From NCBI RefSeq assembly GCF_009914755.1, contig NC_060943.1: a DNA stretch of 64,000 bases; one strand, given 5' to 3'. The DNA is from the human T2T-CHM13v2.0 reference genome, Homo sapiens. Every line of letters starts with the position of its first letter. Position 1 is the stretch's first letter. The translations under genes and the position numbers were made by a program. Of the stretch, positions 1-22,147 are shown in pieces. The notes under the pieces were generated by a model that was not told the origin of the DNA, searched no databases, and worked only from the letters and a program-made list of their open reading frames with translations.

Positions 1-105
1 TTGAACCCAGGAGGTAGAGGTTGCTGTGAGCCAAGATCACGCCATTGCACTCCAGCCTGGGCAACAAGAGCAAAATTCTGTCTCAAAAACAAATAAACAA
101 GAAAA
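1..105 (+). mobile_element. Alu right-arm 3' end with A-rich tail
   Basis: ttgaacccaggaggtagaggttgc...cactccagcctgggcaacaagagc followed by an A-rich tail. Confidence 0.9.
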
Positions 106-109
106 GGTT

Positions 110-300
110 TTAAAAATTGATAAACCACTAGCAAGAAAGAGAGAGAGGACACATCAGGCTTGAGAGAAGTGACATCATCACAGACTGTGCAGACATTAAA
201 AGGCATAGGCATATTAGGAACTAGATATTACTAAGGCAGTAAACCAGATCACTAGCAAATTCGTTGAAAAACACAATTCATCAACTATTGGTTGATAATA
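110..300 (+). mobile_element. Old L1 (L1M-like) ORF2 fragment
   Basis: aaaattgataaaccactagcaaga...gacatcatcacagac...cattaaaagg resembles the L1 ORF2 segment KIDKPLARL...DITTD. Confidence 0.5.
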
Positions 301-604
301 CTGATACGCATCTTCTGTGTGCCAGGGCCTTGAGGCCCTGCTCCAGGCAGAAACTCGGCAGTGGTTGGGAAGGCATCAGATGTCAGATGGCACAAGAGGA
401 CTCAGAGCTGAGGGATAATGGGAAAGAACACAGAGGAATCCAGCCATTTCCACAGCGTCCAGCTCTGCTGTGGGAGGCTGGGAACAGCCCAGCACTACCA
501 CCCTGGACTGGGAGGACAAGACCACAAAATGCAGCTTCCCTGAACCTCCTCTTGGTGATGGGGTTGATGTGGTCGAGGTAGAGGTGAGTATGTCTGGAGC
601 CTCA

Positions 605-1157
<553 letters not shown>

Positions 1158-1293
1158 ACTGTGCTCTTAAGAGCCAGTTCTCCACTCCTCTACCTCAGGA
1201 GCCACCCCAGAACCCATCCACTTTGAGGACACGAGATCCCAGCCCACTCAGCCCTGGGAGTCCAAAGACATTTTAAACAGAGCTCTCTTCACA

Positions 1294-1299
1294 TTTATT
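1294..1299 (-). terminator. A1BG: A1BG proximal polyadenylation signal AATAAA
   Basis: tttatt on +, about 140 nt downstream of the A1BG stop codon. Confidence 0.75.
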
Positions 1300-1437
1300 A
1301 ATTCCTGGGAGGAATGAGGGAGGCTTCTCCAGCCCCCCAGAGACCCCGGCCTTGTGCTGCAACAGGAGGGGAGGGAGCCAGTCCAGAATCCCCGGCACTT
1401 CTGAGGACACCAACAGCACCCTGGGCCCGCGGCTGCA

Positions 1438-7852
<6,415 letters not shown>

Positions 7853-7954
7853 GATGGTCGCGCTCACTCCGGTGCAGTGAGTGTCTGGGGTGAGCGTCTG
7901 CAGCAATGAGGCCCCGAGGGAGGGCGGTGGGGGTGGCTCGGGCACTGACCTCTT

Positions 7955-8110
7955 CCCGTGTTTGTCCTTCCCGGAAGGCGGGGGCAGGGCCCCCATGGGG
8001 TCAGGGCAAAGGGTGAACTTCTGAGGCCTCAGGATGCCCAGCAACAATTATAATCAATAATCATGTATGATTAATAAACTAAATCAAGAGTGATAAAATG
8101 ATGCTAAAAC
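7955..8110 (-). promoter_or_regulatory. A1BG: A1BG proximal promoter with candidate STAT, HNF4, ONECUT/HNF6 and FOXA sites
   Basis: TTCCCGGAA 7968-7976; AGGGCAAAGGGTG 8003-8015; TAATCAATAA ~8051-8060; TGTTTGT 7959-7965; AT-rich island 8045-8110. Confidence 0.55.
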
Positions 8111-8764
8111 CACCTCACCCTCATTTCAGTGTTGGATCCTGGAACCTGTTCTAGAAGGAGACGCTGAGTTCTCCCCACTCTACCTGGAGCTGCTGAGGTC
8201 AAGTGGAGAGTGCCGGGGCTGAAGCCCAGCGAGCCCCTCCCTGTCACACCACACTGCACATGTGACACCAAAGGTGGGGTTCACCTCTTTTCAGACTTTC
8301 TGCGGTTGCCCTCACATGGGCTGTCTGGAGGTGCACCCTCACTCTTCCTGAGGACTGTGGTTCCTTCTCCATCACTGGTTCATTCTGCATGGTGTGACCC
8401 ACCACGGCTCTGGAGTCGGATTTCCACCCAGGTCATTCAGCTGAGACCTGCGCTTCCCAGGCCTACCCGTGACATGTGCTCAGTTACCTGAGCTGCTGGT
8501 GGTCACTCATGTGGCTATAGCCTGCTGCCTGGAGGCCAGGCCTCCCGCTTCCCCTGCCTCCCCCTCTCCTCACCACAGCCTGTTGGGATGGAACAGGACA
8601 GGGGTGAGACCGTGGTGCTTTCACACTCAGCCTCCATGGACATCCTGTCATTCCCACCCGGGGAGGTCTGGTCCCCACCCTGGGTGTCCCAGCCTAGCTC
8701 CGCTACGAGTGTGAGGGCCCAGGGCAACCGCCTAGCCCTCATCTGCCCCCTGCACTGCATCCTC

Positions 8765-8930
8765 CCCACTCATTCATTCCACAGGCATTTATTGAGCATC
8801 TACTGTGTGCCAGATGCAAAGAAGACAGTGGGATAACTGGGCAAGGAGCATTCCAGGCAGAGGGAACAGCCAGTGCAAACATGGGAGATGCGGGTGCAGT
8901 GAGAAGCAGCAGAGGAGACCAGGAGTTGAG
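8765..8930 (-). mobile_element. L2 fragment (3' end)
   Basis: cattcattccacaggcatttattgagcatctactgtgtgccag and gcattccaggcagagggaacagc are typical L2 motifs. Confidence 0.7.
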
Positions 8931-9642
8931 GCGACTGCAGAGCGATTGCAGAGCTCATAGACGTGATGAAGACCAGCTGGGCACTGCAGCGGCTCTGGCT
9001 TCTGCTGTGAGGGACGGGGAGCTGTGGAGACTCCCTCTGTTTGGTCCCATTTCCATATTGCTGAGCACCTGCTGCATGCTCTCTGTCCTGCTCAGAGCCA
9101 GTACCTGGATGGAGGCTGTGTGTTCTGGGTGGACTGGGGGAGAATGCATTCTTTGCAGAAGAGACAACCAGGTGCTGAGGCCTGAAGTCATAACCAGACC
9201 TGGGGCACTCAGACAAGGACTGGTGGCCAGGCCAGAGGAGCAGAGCTCAGGGTGTGCACAGAACTCAGAAGTCAGACCACTGAACAGTGACAGAACCTTT
9301 CAGCCCATTGGCAATGAGGCTGCCCAGGCAGCCAGAGGCCTGGTCAAATCTGAGGTCTGCAGAGATGGAGCTGTCATTCTGTGTTTCCTTTGGCAGTCCC
9401 AACACCAGCCTCGTTGCACCCTCCTCTTAGCTTCCCTGGGTTCTCCAGCCCTAAGGGTGGTAGCAGCTTCCTGCAAGTATCCAACTCTGAGATTCTGCAA
9501 CATCCACTTTTGCTCTCTGAGCCTTGCAAAACCTGCACAATCAGTCCCTAACTTATATCCCCTCTGTTTGAAATACCTAGTGTGGTTTCTATTTCCTGAC
9601 TTGACTCTGACTGGTGTGGTACTTGGTATAAAGAAGGTTCCC

Positions 9643-10003
<361 letters not shown>

Positions 10004-10554
10004 TCAGGAATGCAGTGCTGAGCTTCTTGCCAACAGAATATGAGACACTAGAAAGCCATAGCATGCGGTTTCATCATGTTTAACTGTCACCTGTGGTTGC
10101 CTGAGATGAAGTGCTGACTGAAGCGAGCACCTTAGGAGACACAGTGGCCACTGCACTGAGCAGCTGGTAGCAGCAGTGGTGACCATGTGGACTGGGGGGT
10201 GGGTTGGCTGCTTTTGACAGTGCCAGAGAACTCAAAGAAATAGCCACACCTGTCGGAGACCCCAGTTCTTGCCCACCTCTGCATGGACGAACCTCTCGCC
10301 GAAGTGGAGCCTGCCGCCCTCCCTGGGGTAAGAGCCCATCCTACATGTCCCCAGACAGGCCTGGGTGGCCGGTGGACTATCGTCAAAGGGACTGTGCAGC
10401 CAGGGTTCTCCACACCCAAGGCCGCCCCTGCACTCCCAGCAGGAGGGCGCCCGCACCGGCGGCCCGAAAAAGTCTGGGCCAGCAGACAGCGCACTCACGC
10501 CCGAGACCCCGCAATGCCGTGTGTCCGCGACCTCCCGCTCAGGGCGTCCTCGGG

Positions 10555-12051
10555 TCAGGGCGCAGCGCGGCCCCCGTGCCGCTTCTGGTGCTCGTTGAGG
10601 TTGCAACGGTGGCTGAAAGGCTTCCCGCACTCGCCGCAAGCGTAGGGCCTCTCGCCCGTGTGCGTGCGCCGGTGGCTTAAGAGCTCCGACTTGCGCACGA
10701 AGGCCTTGCTGCAGTGGGCGCAGACGAACGGCCTCTCGCCAGAGTGCAGGCGCTGGTGCTGGCGCAGCTCGGAGCTGCCGCGGAAGGCCTTGCCGCATTC
10801 TGCGCAGGCGAAGGGTCGCTCTCCCGTGTGCGAAAGCCGGTGGCGCGCCAGGCCGGAACTGCCGCGGAAGGCCTTGCCGCAGTCGGCGCAGGCGAAGGGC
10901 TTGGCGCCCGAGTGCGTGCGCCGGTGGCTCAGTAGGTTGGAGCGCTGGCTGAAGGCCTTGCCGCACTGGGCGCACGCATGAGGCTTCTCGCCCGTGTGCA
11001 CGCGCCGGTGCTCCGCCAGGTAGGAGCCCATGACGAAAGCCTGGCCGCACTCGGCGCACTCGAAGGGCCGCTCACCAGTGTGCGTGCGCTGGTGCTGCAG
11101 GAGCTGCGAGCTCTCGCGGAAAGCCTTTCCGCACTCGGCGCAGGGGAAGGGCTTCTCGCTGCTGTGCGTGCGCCGGTGCTGCCGCAGCCCCGCCACACGC
11201 ACGAAGGCCTTGCCGCAGTCGGGACAGGCGTGTGGCCGTGCGCCCGCGTGGATCTTCAGGTGCTCGGCCAGGTTGGAGCTCTGGCTGAAGGCCTTGCCAC
11301 AGTCCCGGCAGGCGTGCGGCCGCGCGCCCGTGTGCACGCGCCGGTGCTCCAGGAAATTGGAGTTCCAGCTGAAGGCCTTGCCGCACTCCGGGCACTCGTA
11401 GGGCTTCTCGCCCGTGTGCGTGCGTCGGTGCTGCACCAGCGTGGTGCTTCGGCCGAAGGACTTGCCGCAGTCCGGGCAGCGGAAGGGCTTCAGGCCGCTG
11501 TGTGTCTCCTGGTGGTGGATGAGCTGCGAGTGCGCGCGGAAGGCCTTGCCGCACTCCCTGCAAGCGTAGGGCTTCTCGCCGCTGTGGATGCGCTGGTGCT
11601 GGCTGAGGTTGGAGCTCCAGGCGAAGGCCTTGCCGCACTCGGGGCACGTGTACGGCTTCTCGCCTGTGTGCACGCGCCGATGCTGCAGCAAGTAAGAGCC
11701 CTGGCTGAACGCCTTGCCGCACTCCCCGCACCGGCAGCCCGGCTCCTCTGGGAGAGGCGAAGGGCGCAACGCCCGGTCTGCAGGCTCGCTCCTGGGCCCA
11801 GCCCCGTCCCGCCCACCGTCTGCGGGGCCCAGCTCCCTGCCGGGGCCTCCCTGTTCGTCCGCCGCCCCCAGTGTGGCTTGCTGCCGCTGGCCGTCCCCTG
11901 CCTCCCTCGGAACCTCCGTGGAGTTTTCCCAGGCCCCCCAGCCTCCAGACACAGCCCCCTCAGAGAGGCCCCTCGTGGCAGTCTTCACATTGCAGAGGAC
12001 CTGGCCTTCCTCTGGGGCCACCTGCAGGGTCCACCCTCTTGGGGACTCCAT
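10555..12051 (-). CDS. ZNF497: Zinc finger protein 497, 498 aa, 14 C2H2 fingers, single coding exon as annotated
   Basis: ORF MESPRGWTLQ...HGGRAAP* with a tandem CxxC..HxxxH array and TGEKP linkers; acceptor ttttag| with exon start at 12065. Confidence 0.96.
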   Translation of the reverse strand: MESPRGWTLQVAPEEGQVLCNVKTATRGLSEGAVSGGWGAWENSTEVPREAGDGQRQQATLGAADEQGGPGRELGPADGGRDGAGPRSEPADRALRPSPLPEEPGCRCGECGKAFSQGSYLLQHRRVHTGEKPYTCPECGKAFAWSSNLSQHQRIHSGEKPYACRECGKAFRAHSQLIHHQETHSGLKPFRCPDCGKSFGRSTTLVQHRRTHTGEKPYECPECGKAFSWNSNFLEHRRVHTGARPHACRDCGKAFSQSSNLAEHLKIHAGARPHACPDCGKAFVRVAGLRQHRRTHSSEKPFPCAECGKAFRESSQLLQHQRTHTGERPFECAECGQAFVMGSYLAEHRRVHTGEKPHACAQCGKAFSQRSNLLSHRRTHSGAKPFACADCGKAFRGSSGLARHRLSHTGERPFACAECGKAFRGSSELRQHQRLHSGERPFVCAHCSKAFVRKSELLSHRRTHTGERPYACGECGKPFSHRCNLNEHQKRHGGRAAP

Positions 12052-12904
12052 CTCGCGCCTGTGACCTAAAACAGGAGAGAAAAGGCAAGTACCTTAGAGA
12101 ATACAAAGAACACCAGACAGAGGGCCTGAGGGGGACACGACGGTGGGTGGGCTGTCATCCCCCACTCTTCTCCTCCAGGTCCCTGGATGCCCAATGCCCT
12201 CTGGAGCCTGGAGCAGGAAGGCCAGCAGGAGGGCTAGACACTCGGGGGATGGGCCAGCACTCTGGGCCTGCCTGACAGGGCCACGTGCACATCCCCACAC
12301 CCGGCCCGGCCCAGCAGGAGGGGAGGGGGCGCCAGCATCGCAGAAGGACTCAAAGTTGCCCACGCACCTGCACTGGCCCTACTGTGGCACCACTCTCCTC
12401 TCCTTGCTTCACAGGGTGGGGCCCCAAGTGTCAAGAAGGTGGAGACTCCAGTTTGTGAGGAACACGATGGACCCGTCTCCATTCCTGAAGGCTGGAGGAC
12501 ACCGCCTGACCCAAACACAGCTATGTCTGCCTCACCCACTCCACCCTGGCCGGATCCCTGGGTAGTCCCCTCCACACAGTATGGGCAGCATGTCCAGGCT
12601 GGAGGATCTCAGTGGCTGTTACCCAGGCAATGTCCACACCAGGCCTCTGTGCAGGTCAGACCAGGTGGTCCAAGGCATGGGGTGGCTGTGCAGCCCAGAT
12701 CCCTGAGAGAGAGAGAGGCCAAGGGTGGGAGGGCCTCCTTGGTCCTAAGGCCATGCCTGCCTGTCCAGCCGATCCTTCCCACAGCGAAGTCTCTACAGCG
12801 AGCAAAACCCATCCTCATTTGCCCTGAGCACCTTATCATCCTTGTGTAGTCTCCAGCCCCGCTGCCAAGGCAGGGCAGGGACAAGTGTGTAGATGGTGCC
12901 ATAC

Positions 12905-13001
12905 CTGGAGGTGGGGCCTGGAAGGGGCCCAGGGGAGCCTCTTGCTCCTCTCCCTCCTCTGTCCTGGGGACCAGCTCCTCTTGGGGCCTGGGGGCTGGCA
13001 C
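12905..13001 (-). other. ZNF497: ZNF497 upstream exon (97 nt, phase 0 to 1), open in frame with the finger exon
   Basis: cttcctgtccccag|GTGCCAGCC...CCTCCAG|GTATGG; translates VPAPRPQEELVPRTEEGEEQEAPLGPFQAPPPG. Confidence 0.75.
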
Positions 13002-13293
13002 CTGGGGACAGGAAGGCAGCAGGGCAGGGTGAGGTGTTCAGCCTAGCAGATCTGAGGAGAAAACAAGGGGCATGCGGTGGCATGACCCACCCTTCTCTGC
13101 ACCTTCAGTTCTCAGGACACAATGCGGAGCACACAGGTGTGACTGGAGATCTCTGACTCTGCCGTCCAAGCCAAGACCACCAAACTCCCACCTGTCACCA
13201 TCACTTTCCCACAGCCCCCAGGCCCTCTCAGCCACCAACCCACGACTGGCCCCAGTGCTGGCTCAGCTGGGGTCGTGAGCAGGGGAAGCACAC

Positions 13294-13741
13294 CCAGCCC
13301 CCAGACCAGCCCCCACTCATCTGGAGTCCTGGCCCAGCTGACTCCTGCTGTAGCCGCTCTGCCAGGGCAGTGGCCTCCTCAGGGCTGCCTAGCCACTGCT
13401 CCTGCGTGTAGGCCTGGATCTCTGGGAGCAGTGTGCCCAATAACTGCTCCAGCACCAAGAGCTCCAGCATCTGCTCCTTGGAGCAGGCCTCAGGCATCAG
13501 CCACTGGCAACACAGCTCACGCAGCTGAGCCAGGGCCCCTCGGGGCCCTGCTGCCTTCTCATAGCAGAACCCCCAGAAGCACTGGCCAGGGCTCTTGGAG
13601 CTGGGCTCACCCACCATCAGTTCCAGTGGACTCGGGAAGACCTGGGGGGCCAGGGCTGATGCCTCACTCATCTGGGCAGCCATCCTGCCCCTTTCCTGGG
13701 AGGGGAGTGCAGCTGCATGGCCCAGGGTACTTTCTCTGCAG
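13294..13741 (-). pseudogene. SCAN-domain exon upstream of ZNF497 (open ORF, mutated donor)
   Basis: ATG at 13683: MAAQMSE...FCYEKAAGPRGALAQLRELCCQWLMPEACSKEQMLELLVLEQLLGTLLPEIQAYTQEQWLGSPEEATALAERL matches the SCAN consensus; acceptor tgtttccag| at 13741; CAG|ATGAGT at 13320. Confidence 0.85.
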
Positions 13742-14108
13742 CTGGAAACACAAAGGTGAGCCTGTGAGCACAGCAAGGCCACGAAGGTCCCCTCCTTGGG
13801 ACCACCTGAGACTGAGTAAAAATGGAAGAATGGGGGTATCGGCGTTTCTGGCCCCCAGTGTCAGCATCTTTGCCCACCTGTGTGTCCAGGTGCCTGAGGG
13901 ACACACTGAGGTGCCATGGCTGCTTGTACCATCCCTTCCCCCCGCCTCCCCGCTTTTCTTGAGGGTCCCTGCCCTGCCCTGTCTCCTTGGCACCCTTCAT
14001 CCCACACACAGAACAACTAAGACAGAGACTGTGAACAGGACACCCAGAGTCAGACCAGCAGATGGGTCCTGTTTGTCCCCTCCAGGAAGTGTTTTAAAAA
14101 TTTAAGTT

Positions 14109-16190
<2,082 letters not shown>

Positions 16191-16799
16191 CTGATTTCAA
16201 TAAAAATCCATATTTGTGTATTGAAGTATCAGAAATCCGGGTCCCCCAAGGGCCCATGTTTCTTAAGGCGGAGCCAGGCACCGCTGCCCCTCCATCCTGT
16301 GGTGTGCGACCCCGACCCGCCAGCCCCCAGCCGCATCTATCAGGGCTGCCGTCCTGAGTCCGTCCTCGTCGTGGGATAGCATGTGAGCCCCGTAAGGTCC
16401 TTCCTGTCGGCCTCACTGCTCCAGCCTCCCCGACGTCCTCACGTCCACGCTGCGTGCCCTTTCTGAGCCTCAACGCCTCCTCCTCACCTCGACATGATCA
16501 GAGCCACCTCCCGCGTCAGTCCCAGCGCCCACGCCCCCAACAACGGGCACTTGTCCGACCAGTCACGGGTACTTGTGTCTCCCCCACAACCCCCAAGGCC
16601 TAGGCTGGACAAACAAATACGGAGTGGATAAAGGGGAGGAAGCTGCGGCCAGGTGGCGCGAGGCCTGTGCGGGCAGCTCCGGAGGCTGGGAGGCGAGCCC
16701 AGCCTGGTGAGCTCCGAAACTACCCGGGGCTGGGGACTGATGAACGAATAAATGAATGTGGGAAGAAATGATGGCGCGGCAGGGCATGAGTGAATGAGT

Positions 16800-17580
16800 G
16801 AAAGAATAAACGAGCAGGAGGAACGATGCCACAGAACTGATCGCCATAAGGCTCGCGTTCACCGAGAGAACAGCAAACGGGAGCCATTTCCGTCCCGACC
16901 ACGGTCGCCTCTGGCCCGTGCAGGGCCACTTCCGGGCCGCTCTGGACGGCGCGGAGGCCTATCTCTCGGTGGTCCCAGAGGGCCCAGCTCAGGGCCGAGG
17001 CCCGTCCTGCCCCGCGCGGCGGGAGTGGTTGGAGCCGGAGGGCGGATCTGTGCCTGGCCGAGGGTGTCCGTCGGCGTCACTCACCGTCCTCGGCCCGCCT
17101 CTGCGTCCACTAGGAGCGGCCTGAAAGAGGCCCGCACGCGGGCTCGAGCCGCGTGGAATGGTAGGAGGGCGGGCACCGGGTCTCCTGGGGGCGCGGTTGC
17201 ATTCGGCAGAGCGGCCCAAGGCGTCGCGTTTCTCCCCACTGCGCCTGCGTAACTATGCCGCGGCTGCGGGCGCGCGCCTTCTGGTTCCCATGGGGACGGC
17301 GCCACAGCCAAGCTACTCGGGCGTCCTGCGTTGCCATGGATGCGCTCCGCCCCTTCCTGCACCCGGCCAGCCTCTGCGGCACACACCCAACAGCTACACA
17401 GGCGCCTGGGGCTGCCCGGGTCGCGGACGCAAGTCGGGCCAACGTAGCTTCTCCCTGGCGGTCCTCCTCCGGCCCCAGGCCGTCTTTACCACCCTGGAAC
17501 CTTGCTGAGTTGACGCCACTGAGCTGCGTCTCACACCCACGCGCTGTGGAACACCCACCAAGCTGGAATCCACGCGGTTT
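16800..17580 (-). promoter_or_regulatory. ZNF497: ZNF497 CpG-island promoter and exon 1 (donor after 17085)
   Basis: CpG-dense; - strand donor CG|GTGAGT (actcac 17079-17084); NRF1-like TGCGCCTGCG ~17240; X-box-like GTTGCCATGGATGC 17330-17343. Confidence 0.75.
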
Positions 17581-17596
17581 TTAAAATAGAGTCGGG

Positions 17597-17980
<384 letters not shown>

Positions 17981-17996
17981 AAAATAAATAAATAAA

Positions 17997-20500
<2,504 letters not shown>

Positions 20501-22047
20501 GGCCACACCTGACTGAGCAGAACATAAAAGCGACAGAACACCAGGAGGGCTGCTGCTTGGGGAAATTGTGTGAGAAGAGTCCTGGGGGACTAGGGGCAGG
20601 GCAAGCACTGCTCTCCCTCTCCTGGAGGCTGGGGAGAGCATCAAGGAGACTACCAGGTAGGAGGAACCATGGGCAGGGCCTCCCTCATCAGGATGCTTTC
20701 CCCACAACAGAGGGATTTAAGCCCCTGGTGGGTGAGTCCTGGATTAACCAAGACCTGAGCCTTTTGGGGGGTGCAGAGGACAGAGGACACTGTGAGGTGA
20801 GTTTCTCCTGGGTGGATTCCCCAGGGGCCTCTGAGGCTGGTTTCAGGCCCTGCCCTTTGGCTGCCCCACTGGAAGCTCTGAGCATCTACCCTTCAGGGAC
20901 GCTTTCCCTGGTCTGACCTTGGCAAGGGCAAATAAGAGGTACTCCATGGAGGGTCACCAAGGTCTGGGGCGTAAACGGTGCCCATCTGCACAGTAGCATG
21001 AGGGCCACAGAGTGTGGTAAATGTCAGTGACCATCACATGCGGTCCCCAGTGTGGCTGCAGGGGCCACTTAGGATTCTTCTGTTCGGGGTCCCAGGCCAC
21101 ACTTGGGGAACCCTATTGGAAGCAACAAGGTCTAGGCCCTGAGGGCCCAGGGCTCTGCCCTCTCCAGGGCTCTAGCTGAGCCACGTGCAAGCATCCTCCC
21201 GGCCCTCCCAGCTGGTGTGAGGAGGAAACCACAGCCAAAGGGCAAGGTGCTCCACACAGATATGTCCCTAGTCAGCCTGCCCCATTCGGCCTCTGGAGTG
21301 GGAGCCTTGGGTCTGTCTGGAACCAGTGTGGATGAAATGCAGGGAGAAACTGGAATCATAGCCATGGACAGCCACTCACATAGCTGGGAAGAGGCATGCT
21401 GTGGTAGATCCCGGTGGACTCTCACCTCTGCGGTGCTGGGGACGTTGTGCCGACACCTCAGGCACCCACTTCCACTCACACCGCGGAGGCTTGGGGAGAT
21501 GCGGTTCAGTCTGGAGTCCAGCGGGGGGCGACAATAAAGGCGACCCCGCTCGTCAGTCAGACCAGGGCAAGCTTGCCAGGGCTTCACACTTCACCAAAGG
21601 GAACCCTTTCTGCCGCGACTACCGAGCTGCCAGGGCCGGGACAGGCAGAAGCCTGCCCCGAGGTCTCACCTCTGGAGGGTTACGAGCTGTGCCAGGCCGG
21701 CTACGGTAGAGGGTGTGCAAATACCCCGCGGTCCCAAGGCTCCTGAAGCTGCCTAAGGGATATGAGAGACCCTAGGTTCGAATCCTGCCTCCATCGTCTT
21801 ATGTTCGTGCCTCAGGAGAGTCACTTTGCCCCGTTTCCTCGCATACCAGAGAGCCCAGTAACACGCTCCGCGGCTCTGCGGAGAAAAAGACCCTAGAGAT
21901 CGTGGACACAGCGTCTGGGCCGTATCAGCGCCCACTCGAGATTATTACTGCTTATGCCTGCAACCGGATGCTGTGCGCCCGGTTAGAAAAGGTCAAATAA
22001 AACTCGAGTTAGGGGAAGCCTGTGGACGCCATGTGTACAAAGTGAAG

Positions 22048-22053
22048 TTTAAT
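22048..22053 (-). terminator. ZNF837: ZNF837 poly(A) signal ATTAAA
   Basis: tttaat on +, about 95 nt after the stop codon. Confidence 0.65.
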
Positions 22054-22147
22054 CAAAGTTACAAACGTTGGTGGGTTTTCCGGGACAAAGGCCCCTCCTC
22101 GACGCAGGGTTCGCTTGGGCGACGCGTCGACTCTCGGCTCCCTGCAG

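Noticed and set aside
10232-12069. Long alternative-frame and antisense ORFs over ZNF497
   Set aside because: Expected shadow of an extremely GC-rich repetitive finger CDS; no independent domain
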